A DNA stretch of 64,000 nucleotides from Candidatus Poribacteria bacterium (GTDB lineage Bacteria; Poribacteria; WGA-4E; WGA-3G): assembly GCA_963665235.2 (NCBI GenBank), contig CAXXLX010000002.1, positions 800,001 through 864,000 on the forward strand. The letters run 5' to 3'. Position 1 is the stretch's first letter, and each line of letters begins with the position of its first letter. The notes under the pieces are model-generated. The model saw only the letters and a list, made by a program, of their open reading frames with translations, made no database searches and was not told the DNA's origin. Positions 49,840 through 60,560 of this stretch are shown in pieces. Position numbers and translations under genes: made by a program.

Positions 49840-50193
49840 AATAACGGTTTTCGGTCAGTGTGCAGCTTCCTTCCTTCTAATCTTTCACCCTTCCCTTTGA
49901 CGGGACGCACCCCTAAAATTGTCTAAAGTTTAGTAACTTGTACAGAAACTTTACACACTCCTATTGGGTATGTAAAGTTTTTGTACCATGATAGAGGGAA
50001 GGGTGGAAGTGTGAATTTCGGGTGTGTTGTCTGAATCGCGGATTTATCGGATTTCGCGGATTTTAAGATGCGTAGCAATAGAAGGTTTGTGATTATGAGC
50101 TAGGGTGTTGTGTTTTCTATAAAGATACCGCCCCGCTGGGACTAGCTTGTTTGGCACTCGCGCTTCTATAAATATACCGCCCCGCTGGGGCTA

Positions 50194-51424
50194 GTGCTAA
50201 GTCATGCGGTAATTGACGGGTAAAGTTTTTTGAGTTTTATACGTGCATCGTCAGTTGTAAACCGCCAACTTATATCGGCACGTTGTTCGTTTCTTCGGTT
50301 TTGCCACGCCCGTATCTCCTTCTTTAGGGTCTCTTGGTCAGCGATCCGCTTTGAAAGACAGCCGCGGGATAGCACCGATAGTTCAATCTCCGCCATATTC
50401 AACCAACTGCCATGCTTCGGGGTATAGTGAAACTCAAGTCTTTTCGCAATACGCCGGGCTTCAGCCGGTTCAAAAGCTTTATACAGCGAAGCGGTTTTAT
50501 GTGTGTTGAGATTGTCACAAACGAGTGTAATCTTTTCAGCCTCCGGAAAATGGACATCCACTAGGTCTCGGCAAATGAAGGCAAAGTCAATGCTTGTGCG
50601 TCTGTCGGTTACCTCAACGTGCCGAAATCCGTCAAAGGGTGCGAAAATCATGAACAGATTACTCACACCATTTCGCTGGTATTGATAATCATATCGGAGC
50701 GGAGCCCCTTCAACCATGGGTAAAGGGCTTCGGGTTTCTTTGATGTGTTGTTTACTTGTTTCATCAACACAAACTACAGGATTTTTGGTATCTTGTGGAC
50801 GCTGATAGACTTCGAGAACATCCTCCATCGCTGCAACGAACTCCGCATTTGATTCGGGAGGAATACACCATTGCTTTTTTAGCCAAGGGCTAAGTTCGTT
50901 TTTTTTAGGACCCGGCGGATGGTCTCGTGAGATATGCTATCAAAATGTTCCAACTCCACCATCTTTTCCGCTAACAGCCGAAGCGTCCATCTCGCACACC
51001 CCTCTGGCGGTTCCGAGCAAACTAAAGCGATAAGATGTGCTTCTTTTTCACCATCAAACTTTTTGCCTGGGGTGTCTGAACGCTTTTTCGGGTTGAGTGC
51101 GGCTGTGAGGTTTTCAAGCACAAAGGCTTTACGGGTTCTCTCAATAGTCGGTATTGAAACTTCAACAGCCTCTTTTATTTTATCATCGGTGTAGGCGGGT
51201 CCGAACTCGCCTTCATCGGCTTTCAATAGGATCCGGGCACGGGTAAGTTTGCGTGCCGATTCTTTCCCAGAAGATATCAGAGTAATGAGATAATCTCGTT
51301 GGGACTGATCAAGAATGACTTGATATTGTTTTGCTGCCATAATAGACTCCAAGTTATGAATAATCACTTGAGTCTCATGATACCATTTTTATCAATAACT
51401 ATCAAGCAGCTGTTGACTAAACAC
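50194..51424 (-). mobile_element. IS630-family element B, copy 1
   Basis: CTAG on both flanks (TA duplication), about 1231 bp, inserted into a REP-like unit. Confidence 0.92.
50202..51340 (-). CDS. IS630 transposase (HTH ORF + DDE ORF, joined by a probable -1 frameshift at A8)
   Basis: RARILLKAD and RWTLRLLA; VCVDETS, CDNLNTH, NMAEIE; AAAAAAAAC slippery site near 50899-50906 in both copies. Confidence 0.88.
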
Positions 51425-52890
51425 TAGCTTGTGTTGTGTTGTTGTGTTTTCTATAAATATACCGCCCCGCTGGGACTAGCTTGTTTGGCACTCGCGCTTC
51501 TATAAATATACCGCCCCGCTGGGGCTAGCTTGTGTTGTGTTGTTGTGTTTTCTATAAATATACCGCCCCGCTGGGGCTAGCTTGTCTGGCGTTCACATTA
51601 AACATGTCGCCCCGATACCGCTAGTCCCGTAGGGACGATATATTTATAGAAGCAGATTTTTCGACAACCCCTAGTCCCGTAGGGACGATATATTTATAGA
51701 GATTAGTGAAAACGGACATTTATTTTCAAACTCACGTTTAAGTACAAAAATTTTACACACCCGTGTAAAGTGGGTGTGTAAAGTTTTTGTACTATGATAG
51801 AGGGAAGGATGGAAGATTGGAAGGGGGGAAGATTGGAAGGGGGGAAGATTGGAAGGGGGGAAGGATGGATTTCGCGCGTGTGTTGTCAGAATGCACGTCG
51901 CATTTGGGCGAGTACGCCGCAAATCGCGGATTAGCGCGGAGGACACGGATTTCGCGGATTTTTAAGGTGCGTAACAATCAAAGTTTTGTGATTGTAGGTT
52001 CGGGTGTTGTTCTTTCTATAAAACGTGAGTTTGAAAAAAGTTTTGACCTCTTAGCCCAGTATGGGCGGTATGTTTATAGAATACAACGGCTAAAACTCTT
52101 AGTCCCAGTATTCGGGCAAGCAGCCCGCTCTTTAAGGACGATATCTTTATAGAAGCAGCCTTAACGCTAAAACTCTTAGTCCCAGTATTCGGGCAAGCAG
52201 CCCGCTCTTTAAGGACGATATCTTTATAGAGGTTCGGGAAAACGGACGTTTATTATCAAGCTCACGTTCTATAAACATACCGCCCCGCTGGGGCTACTTT
52301 GTGGTGTGGTTGCGTTTTCTATAAATATACCGCCCCGCTGGGGAAACCGCGCTTTGGCGCATCGGAGTCTATTTTCTACTGTTTGTATTTGTGTGAGGAA
52401 CTTAGAGAAAAATCAGAAATGCTTTGAAAATCGGGCATCAGGCTCACAGATATTGTCCAAACTATAGTACGTTATAGTAGAACCTGTAATTATTTTCACA
52501 CGCGGCGGGAAAGGCACGGGCTGGGGGACCCAGCCCCTACGACGTTATACCATTTTTATTAATTATTCTATCATTACCGGTTGTTAGAAATGAAACGGAG
52601 AACGGAAGACCCAAACTAAAAGTTTATGCTACAATAAAGTGCACAAACTGGAAGTTTATGCTACAATAAAGTGCACAAACTGGAAGTTTATGCTACAATA
52701 AAGTGCACAAACTGGAAGTTTATGCTACAATAAAGTGCACAAACTGGAAGTTTATGCTACAATAAAGTGCACAAACTGGAAGTTTATGCTACAATAAAGT
52801 GCACAAACTGGAAGTTTATGCTACAATAAAGTGCACAAACTGGAAGTTTATGCTACAATAAAGTGCACAAACTGGATGAAGATTAATTTA

Positions 52891-55278
52891 TTAATTCGGT
52901 AATAATCCGACATAGCGTAGCAATGCTTGTGAGCCGCCTCTAAACTGTGTCATAAAGTCAAGCACCTTGTCTTTGAGGGTCTCCCACTCATCGCAGAGGC
53001 GATGGATATGCAGAACCGATTGCCGCACCCATCGCCATAACTTCTCAATCGGATTTGTCCACGGCGCATAAGTCGGCAGCTGCACTATTTCAATCGGGAG
53101 TTTTGTCAGTTCACCGATTTTCTCGGAAAGTTTTCCGGTCCAATTCGGCGGGGTCGGTTTCACAAAGGAGACCGATTGCGGCAGCAGTGCCTCCATCAAA
53201 TTGGCGTGAAAATGTATCGCCCGATTATCTTGGATAAGATAAATCCGTTGCTTGTCGGGATAGCGTTGGCAAATCTCGGTATAAAATGTATGGAGGGCTA
53301 CAACTGTGCAGCTTGGCACTTGCTGATAAACAACGTCTCCTGTATGGGGGTTCATAGCACCGATACCATAAATAGTTTTATCCGATTGATAACTCTGATG
53401 GGCTAATGGCGTTTTTGTCCCTGTCTGTGCCCAGTCTTTTGCTATAGTGGGGTTTCGGTAAAATGAGAACTCATCTTGATAAAGCACAGCCGTGTTCTGT
53501 GGGTTTTGATGGGTCTCTTCTAAAACTTGCTGTATCCGTTCGATTTTCTTGGCATAGTCTGTATCCGGACTCTGCAAATACAGTCTAGTGCTAGGTCATG
53601 CGGTAATTGACGGGTAAAGTTTTTTGAGTTTTATACGTGCATCGTCAGTTGTAAACCGCCAACTTATATCGGCACGTTGTTCGTTTCTTCGGTTTTGCCA
53701 CGCCCGTATCTCCTTCTTTAGGGTCTCTTGGTCAGCGATCCGCTTTGAAAGACAGCCGCGGGATAGCACCGATAGTTCAATCTCCGCCATATTCAACCAA
53801 CTGCCATGCTTCGGGGTATAGTGAAACTCAAGTCTTTTCGCAATACGCCGGGCTTCAGCCGGTTCAAAAGCTTTATACAGCGAAGCGGTTTTATGTGTGT
53901 TGAGATTGTCACAAACGAGTGTAATCTTTTCAGCCTCCGGAAAATGGACATCCACTAGGTCTCGGCAAATGAAGGCAAAGTCAATGCTTGTGCGTCTGTC
54001 GGTTACCTCAACGTGCCGAAATCCGTCAAAGGGTGCGAAAATCATGAACAGATTACTCACACCATTTCGCTGGTATTGATAATCATATCGGAGCGGAGCC
54101 CCTTCAACCATGGGTAAAGGGCTTCGGGTTTCTTTGATGTGTTGTTTACTTGTTTCATCAACACAAACTACCGGATTTTTGGTATCTTGTGGACGCTGAT
54201 AGACTTCGAGAACATCTTCCATCGCTGCAACGAACTCCGCATTTGATTCGGGAGGAATACACCATTGCTTTTTTAGCCAAGGTCTAAGTTCGTTTTTTTT
54301 AGGACCCGGCGTATGGTCTCGTGAGATATGCTATCAAAATGTTCCAACTCCACCATCTTTTCCGCTAACAGCCGAAGCGTCCATCTCGCACACCCCTCTG
54401 GCGGTTCCGAGCAAACTAAAGCGATAAGATGTGCTTCTTTTTCACCATCAAACTTTTTGCCTGGGGTGTCTGAACGCTTTTTCGGGTTGAGTGCGGCTGT
54501 GAGGTTTTCAAGCACAAAGGCTTTACGGGTTCTCTCAATAGTCGGTATTGAAACTTCAACAGCTTCTTTTATTTTATCATCGGTGTAGGCGGGTCCGAAC
54601 TCGCCTTCATCGGCTTTCAATAGGATCCGGGCACGGGTAAGTTTGCGTGCCGATTCTTTCCCAGAAGATATCAGAGTAATGAGATAATCTCGTTGGGACT
54701 GATCAAGAATGACTTGATATTGTTTTGCTGCCATAATAGACTCCAAGTTATGAATAATCACTTGAGTCTCATGATACCATTTTTATCAATAACTATCAAG
54801 CAGCTGTTGACTAAACACTAGCACGCTTATAGCTGATGCCCAGGCGTGAGAAGATTTGATGGATACCCGGCACAGAGATATTAGCAAGCCACGGCACAAC
54901 CTCGCCAACCGTGCGAAGCGTCCAGCGCGTTTGATGTGCCTTGACTTGTCCCGGGTCTTGTCCTATAGCCGTCAACGCCTCGGTTTCTGCTTCTTCGGGG
55001 GATTTGGGGGCGAACGCGGGTTTGCGGCCACGGCCCGGTCTATGAAACAATCCTTGAATGCCCTCTTCTTGGTATCGGCGAAGCCAGGCATAAACAGTGT
55101 CCGGATCTCGCTTCTTTAGCAGCCCTTTGAGGGCGACTTTGTGTGGAGAAGTTCCCGCGGCTATCTTTAGCAGGGCAGCCGCACGTTCCCGAAGATAAGC
55201 GGGTTCCCCTGTATCGCGGAGTTCAATCAGTCTTTGGCGTTCATCTTTACTGAGTTCAAGTTCATGGCGTTTTGACAT
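52891..55278 (-). pseudogene. IS630-A transposase split by IS630-B
   Basis: Removing the inner IS restores YKRA-RLYLQSPDTDY; DDE residues in YQDEF, IQDNR and NPIEKLW. Confidence 0.88.
53588..54818 (-). mobile_element. IS630-family element B, copy 2 (ORFs 53596-54222 and 54273-54734)
   Basis: Near-identical to 50194-51424 with a handful of SNPs; CTAG flanks. Confidence 0.92.
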
Positions 55279-55594
55279 AAGACAATACCTCCTGGGACAA
55301 TAGGATAACATAAAAACAGAAATTACCGAATTAATTTCTTAATCTTCATCCAGTTTATGCTACAATAAAGTGCACAAACTGGAAGTTTATGCTACAAGAA
55401 AGAGACATTTTCAATTAGAAATGGTATTATGTGCCAAATTTGCGTAAGTCCTGGTACAAAAACTTTACGCACCCCCCCTCTACAGCAATCCTTGACAGTA
55501 CTTAACCGTTTGTGATATACTGAAGTTGCCAATTAGATAAGGCAGCGTCATCCATTCTCAATAACCAATCCCTAAACACAAGCATAGGATAAAT

Positions 55595-56950
55595 ATGAGA
55601 AAACCAAATATAGTCTATATTCATTCACACGATACGGGGCGGTATGTGCAACCTTACGGACATGCGATTCCGACTCCGAACATCCAAAAACTTGCGGAGG
55701 AGGGGGTTCTGTTCCGGAACGCCTTTTGTGCAAATCCGACCTGTTCTCCCTCGCGGGCAGCACTGCTGACTGGGCAGTGGGCACACAGCTGCGGTATGGG
55801 CGGTTTAGCAAACCGTGGATGGAGCCTCCCCGTGCCGGAGCATCTCATTCCACATACGCTGAATCGTGCCGGGTATGTCACCGCCTTGGCGGGATTTCAG
55901 CATGTCGTCCAAGATGTTAAGGAGACAGGCTACCAGCGGATTTTATCTCAAGAGCAGCGGAACGCTGGTGCAGAAGAACGCGCACAGGCATTTATTGCCG
56001 AAAAACATGATGCCCCCTTTTTCATAGATATCGCGTTCGGGGAAACGCATCGCAGGGGAAAAGGCTTCGCTCCCCCACCAGATGGCGAACCGAAAACCGA
56101 TCCGCGCTATGTGAAACCACCTGAACCGTTCCCCGATACACCTGTAACCCGACAGGATATGGCGGAATACATAGACTCAGCACGCACACTTGATAAGAAA
56201 ATGGGGGTGGTGTTCGACGCATTGGCGGAAAATGGTCTCGCCGATAACACACTCGTGATATGCACAACTGACCACGGCCTCGCTTTTCCGCGAATGAAAT
56301 GTCACCTCACGGACCACGGTATCGGCGTGATGCTGATACTCCGCGGCCCAGGCGGGTTTGACAGCGGAAAAGTGGTCGATGGACTCGTCAGTCAGATTGA
56401 CCTATTTCCGACTATCTGCGAATTGGCAGAGATTGAACCTCCGGCGTGGCTTCAAGGGACCTCTGTGCTTCCGCTTGTCCGTGGCGACGCAGACGATATT
56501 CGCGATGCCATCTTCGCCGAAGTCAATTATCACTGCTGTTATGAACCGCAGCGCGCTATCCGAACCAAGCGGTGGAAATATATCAAACGGTACGACACTG
56601 CAAAACATTGGGCTCTCGCGAACTGTGACGATAGCATCAGCAAAACCTTTATGATGGAACACGACTGGAGAAGCCATCCTGTTCAATCGGAGCGGTTATA
56701 CGATTTGGTGTTCGATGCCTCCGAAGCGCATAACATCGCGAGGAATCCTAAGTACGAACGGGTTTTAGGCGAGATGCGTGACCGACTGGAACAGTGGCGC
56801 GCTGAAACCAATGATCCGGCGTTTATGCAACCGCCGGAAGGGGCAGTCCTGAATTCACCGTGGTGTGTGTCACCGAACGACCCGCGTAGTCCGGCAGTAG
56901 ATATACTGTACCCCGCTGAAGAGGTGCCCGAACGCGATGAAATCTGGTAA
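55595..56950 (+). CDS. Sulfatase (N-sulfoglucosamine sulfohydrolase-like)
   Basis: KPNIVYI, CSPSR, TTDHG, FPRMKC; promoter TTGACA-18-TATACT at 55492-55521. Confidence 0.88.
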   Translation: MRKPNIVYIHSHDTGRYVQPYGHAIPTPNIQKLAEEGVLFRNAFCANPTCSPSRAALLTGQWAHSCGMGGLANRGWSLPVPEHLIPHTLNRAGYVTALAGFQHVVQDVKETGYQRILSQEQRNAGAEERAQAFIAEKHDAPFFIDIAFGETHRRGKGFAPPPDGEPKTDPRYVKPPEPFPDTPVTRQDMAEYIDSARTLDKKMGVVFDALAENGLADNTLVICTTDHGLAFPRMKCHLTDHGIGVMLILRGPGGFDSGKVVDGLVSQIDLFPTICELAEIEPPAWLQGTSVLPLVRGDADDIRDAIFAEVNYHCCYEPQRAIRTKRWKYIKRYDTAKHWALANCDDSISKTFMMEHDWRSHPVQSERLYDLVFDASEAHNIARNPKYERVLGEMRDRLEQWRAETNDPAFMQPPEGAVLNSPWCVSPNDPRSPAVDILYPAEEVPERDEIW

Positions 56951-56966
56951 ACGTCTTGCGGCTTAT

Positions 56967-57602
56967 CTAAAGCCGATTCCCCGTCCATAACGTGCCCCGA
57001 TGGATAACCGTTTGAAAACTCGGGTTCTCAAGCACTGCCATGTCGTGGCCTAGGGCGAAGTAGAACACTCTGCCCTCGCCATATATATGGTGAAACGCCA
57101 TGACATGCGTCTCTTCTTTCGTTTCATCATAGGCGTGCATCAGCGGGTGCGATGCGGCGGGGTCATGTTTTAGATAGTAAAGTTCATCTGTTACGTCAAA
57201 ATCGGTTAAGCCTTCAGTAATTGGGTGTTCGTTGTCGCCCACGGTCACGGTGAAGTCCATATACGGACTATGTCCGTTGAAAAAGCCGTTGAGCATGCCG
57301 TGGTACCCCTCAGATTCTCGGAAGGAGGCGGCTGCAGTATGCAATCCGAAAAATCCGCCGCCGGTTCGGATATAGTTGAGCAAACCGGTCTCTTGTGCAG
57401 TTGTGAGTTCTCCGACATCGGTGTAAAAGAGGAGGGTGTCATATCCATCGAGTCCATCGGCAAGTACACCGTAGTCCTGCGAAAAAGTAGCGTTAATACC
57501 ATCGGTATCGTTGAGCATGGTTGTCAGAAATTGTCCGTTTCCGACGTGGTCGTGATAAATCCCTTCCGTTCCGACAAATATAAGTAATTGAAGTGCGTCC
57601 AT
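56967..57602 (-). CDS. ThuA-like domain protein
   Basis: GGGFFGLH, HPIT, DELY, GRVFYFALGH. Confidence 0.85.
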   Translation of the reverse strand: MDALQLLIFVGTEGIYHDHVGNGQFLTTMLNDTDGINATFSQDYGVLADGLDGYDTLLFYTDVGELTTAQETGLLNYIRTGGGFFGLHTAAASFRESEGYHGMLNGFFNGHSPYMDFTVTVGDNEHPITEGLTDFDVTDELYYLKHDPAASHPLMHAYDETKEETHVMAFHHIYGEGRVFYFALGHDMAVLENPSFQTVIHRGTLWTGNRL

Positions 57603-57614
57603 TTTTTTCCTCCG

Positions 57615-58646
57615 TTAGCTGTTAGGCATTACAAGCACTTTGACAGAGCCGTGTTCATCGCGGCCCGCAGCGACGGCGAATGCTTGTGTAATATTGTCTA
57701 AGTTGAACCGGTGCGTAACCAGTGGGTTCGGATTAAGTTTACCGGTGGCGAGCAGGTCAATGGCGATTTGGAATTCCGTTTTTCCGCCGCGTCGTCCGTA
57801 ACAGAACGACCAGATAATGGTAAGTTCTCGGCTTCGGGCGTACCTTTCGGAAAAGGTGAGCGGTGTGCGGTGCCCGCCTACCATACAGACGCGTCCCCGT
57901 TTTGCGGCTATTGCGGTCGCTTGCTCCAATGTATTTGCTGTACCACCGACCGCTTCAAAGACGACATCCGCGCCGCGTCCGGCACTCCATTCCATGACTG
58001 CCGCTGTCCCATCTGTCTTATCCACATGAATAGGTACGGCACCGACCGCTTCTTGGGCGATGTGTAGCGGTGCATCCGGTTTTCCTAACATGGCGATAGA
58101 GGTCGCCCCGGCAATATCTGCTACCTGTGCAATTGTTAAACCGACAGGCCCGCTGCCGATGATAGCGACACGGTCTCCGGGGGATACCATGGCTCTGTTG
58201 ACAGCGTGAACGGCTACGGCGTAGACCTCCGCCAGTGCACCTCCCTCAACGGTGACGCTATCGGGTAATGCATAGACGTTTGATGTGCGAGCTGCCATAA
58301 ATTCTGCGAATCCGCCCCCGCCGTGCCGTAAATTCGCGCAGATGTTATAGTAGCCGTTGTAGCATTCCGGGCAGTTGTTACATGGACTGATCGGTTCAAT
58401 TGCGACGCGGGCTCCTGTTTGATAGCCTGCAACGTCTTTACCTACATCAATAATTTTGCCTGCCAATTCGTGCCCGCCAATCCGAGGGGACAAAGGTTGG
58501 GCCGGCTGATGGTGATACCCGTGCAGGTCGCTTCCGCAGATGCCAGCCGCTTCCACTTCTACGAGGACCTGTCCTGCTTCAGGGGTTGGATCTGGTACTG
58601 TTTCAACTCTAATGTCTTTTCCACCGTAAAACTGTGCTGCTTTCAT
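57615..58646 (-). CDS. Zn-dependent alcohol dehydrogenase
   Basis: ICGSD, GHE, CxxCxxC, GSGPVG. Confidence 0.9.
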   Translation of the reverse strand: MKAAQFYGGKDIRVETVPDPTPEAGQVLVEVEAAGICGSDLHGYHHQPAQPLSPRIGGHELAGKIIDVGKDVAGYQTGARVAIEPISPCNNCPECYNGYYNICANLRHGGGGFAEFMAARTSNVYALPDSVTVEGGALAEVYAVAVHAVNRAMVSPGDRVAIIGSGPVGLTIAQVADIAGATSIAMLGKPDAPLHIAQEAVGAVPIHVDKTDGTAAVMEWSAGRGADVVFEAVGGTANTLEQATAIAAKRGRVCMVGGHRTPLTFSERYARSRELTIIWSFCYGRRGGKTEFQIAIDLLATGKLNPNPLVTHRFNLDNITQAFAVAAGRDEHGSVKVLVMPNS

Positions 58647-58803
58647 AATAGCCTCCGAAAACGTTCGTAGTCTGTCTTAAAACATAGCACAGCTGAAAAA
58701 TGATGTCAATAACCCTGTTAACCTTCCCTTTGCTGACGTGCAATAAATTGGGCATCTACAAACCCACCTTACTTGAAAAGACGATAACGGGCGGATACAG
58801 ATG

Positions 58804-59619
58804 TCACTCGTTTGTAATGCTCCGTGCCTGTGACCATGCCTGCGACGCCCCGCTCTGGAAGAATCGATATTGGTCGTGCACCACTTCACCATCAAGCAGA
58901 ACGGTGAAACGTACAGATAGGTCGTGATGTGTTTTGTTTATGATTAGAACCTCCAGTTCCCAGTCCTCAGGGTCAAGGTCAAGGGGGAAGTCTCGGCTAA
59001 AACTCTCGGTAAGCGAAAATTCGTTTTTCGTACCGGTAGAATCAGTGACAATGACATCCAACGTTCCAGCGTCTCCAGCGCCTCCAATCTTTTCTATTTT
59101 CCATGAGTTGTCGCTGCGCCTCTGAGCAATCAGGGTAATAGGGGTGCCATTTATGGAAAAATTTTCAAAATTAACTCCTGCACCAATGAACATATTCAGA
59201 ATTCTAAGCGTCCCATCGTCAAGAACAAACATCTCGATATCTGTCCCAGGATAAAAGCAACTGTCCCCAGTATATAATACCATTTTTATTAATTATTCTA
59301 TCATTACCGGTTGTTGGAAATGAAACGGAGAACGGCACAAACTGGAAGTTTATGCTACGATAAAGCACACAAACTGGAAGTTTATGCTACAATAAAGAAA
59401 CATTTTCAATTAGAAATGGTATAAGATATCCCCCGCTTTACAGACAGGGCCATCAGGTTCGATTGGGGGCGGCGGACTGGGTAGGGTAAATTCTATCTTT
59501 ACAGTCAATATTTCAGGAGCTGTCATTTCTTCGCTATCTTCGCCACAACCTGCAAATAACGGCAATATCAACAGCAGAACGGATAAAAAATGTGTAAGTG
59601 ATGGATTCAATTTCATCAT
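58804..59619 (-). pseudogene. Lipoprotein gene disrupted by a class A MITE
   Basis: FAGC lipobox. Removing 59278-59421 plus one TAA restores VCKAGDILYTGDSCFYPGT, matching the paralogue at 63699-64000. Confidence 0.85.
59278..59421. mobile_element. MITE class A with 2 REP units
   Basis: TAA-TACCATTT...AAATGGTA-TAA. Confidence 0.9.
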
Positions 59620-59809
59620 AAACTCCTTTGATTGATTTTCGATTGCACCGGGCAATCGGATTGTTGATAAGAAACTCCTTTTTTATTCCTATCAACAGTC
59701 AGTAGCGGTTCGGGACGATTCATAAGTTTTTCACCGCCCACACACGCTACTGACGACTGAAAGGGTTGCCAAGTCATCTGGTCCAACACCAGAGGGCTTT
59801 GCTGTTATT

Positions 59810-60460
59810 TTAGGGGTGCTGGCTTTTACCGTTTCCGAACCGAGTGCCGAGCCCGAAAATGAGTGAGAATTCATTAGCACCATCATCTACATTCGACAGC
59901 AACAGTCGTTGATACTGCCCCTCTGCCCGAAAGACAAAAGCAGCTCCTATACGCCATTGATACCCTAAACCGCCTCCAAAACTTGTCAAGGTTTCTTCGT
60001 CGGAAAAGAAGTCATCGTCACCGGAACCGGAAAATATAGTTCTGGAGACCCGTCCCAGGACATAGGGACTTGACCGTAAATGGCTAAGCGGAAAGAATGC
60101 TGCCCGGCTTCCAAGATGGAGTGCCGTTAGGCTTTCAGTTTCCGACTCTCCCTGATACTCTGCTGAAATTGACACGCTCCCAAAACTGAATTCCGACCCA
60201 ATAGCGAACTGCTTACTCGGAAACCACGTAGCATATAGCGAAGTCGGAGAGGACCCTATATCCAAAAATGCGTTTGCGGGTAGCTTAATAGAAGTGAAGC
60301 TTGTCGTTAAATCATCACCTTCAATGAGATGGGAGATCCCAAATTGTGTTCCGACTTCAAATTCATTCGCCAAAGCGGGAACTGTTGCTAAGACAAGAAA
60401 AGCAAACATTGTTAAGATTGACACGGTTTTATACTGCTTGACAACTAAAGTTTTCATCAT
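59810..60460 (-). CDS. Outer-membrane beta-barrel protein
   Basis: AAAGGAG RBS, signal peptide ending ALA, SPYVLG, GGGLGYQW, FGLGTRF. Confidence 0.7.
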   Translation of the reverse strand: MMKTLVVKQYKTVSILTMFAFLVLATVPALANEFEVGTQFGISHLIEGDDLTTSFTSIKLPANAFLDIGSSPTSLYATWFPSKQFAIGSEFSFGSVSISAEYQGESETESLTALHLGSRAAFFPLSHLRSSPYVLGRVSRTIFSGSGDDDFFSDEETLTSFGGGLGYQWRIGAAFVFRAEGQYQRLLLSNVDDGANEFSLIFGLGTRFGNGKSQHP

Positions 60461-60560
60461 AAACTCCTTTTGATTTTTCGATTGCAATGTGCAATCAAGG
60501 TATTGAATAGAAGGATGGCACACAACAATCTGCCATCCTTCCAAGTGTTTCTGATAAGGG

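Larger units (their letters stand above)
52874..55351 (-). mobile_element. IS630-family element A, containing IS630-B copy 2
   Basis: About 30-bp inverted ends GGATGAAGATTAA.....TAATTCGGTAAT. Confidence 0.85.
52548..55426. mobile_element. MITE class A with about 10 REP units, interrupted by IS630-A
   Basis: TTA duplications at 52545-52547 and 55427-55429; 32-bp units at 52641, 52673 ... 52865. Confidence 0.85.
48996..55474. repeat. Three adjacent class C MITE shells (48996-49960, 49966-51762, 51772-55474) filled with nested repeats and IS elements
   Basis: Three inward-facing pairs of G(A/G)GT(G/A)TGTAAAGTTTTTGTAC terminal repeats. Confidence 0.7.

Noticed and set aside
50116-51600. CTATAAATATACCGCCCCGCTGGGGCTAG repeats with ~20-bp intervals, CRISPR-like
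   Set aside because: The intervals are short, low-complexity and recur alternately; inverted and dispersed copies indicate REP-like repeats
52610-52876. 32-bp periodic array resembling CRISPR
   Set aside because: Units are identical with no unique spacers, there are no cas genes, and the array lies inside a MITE
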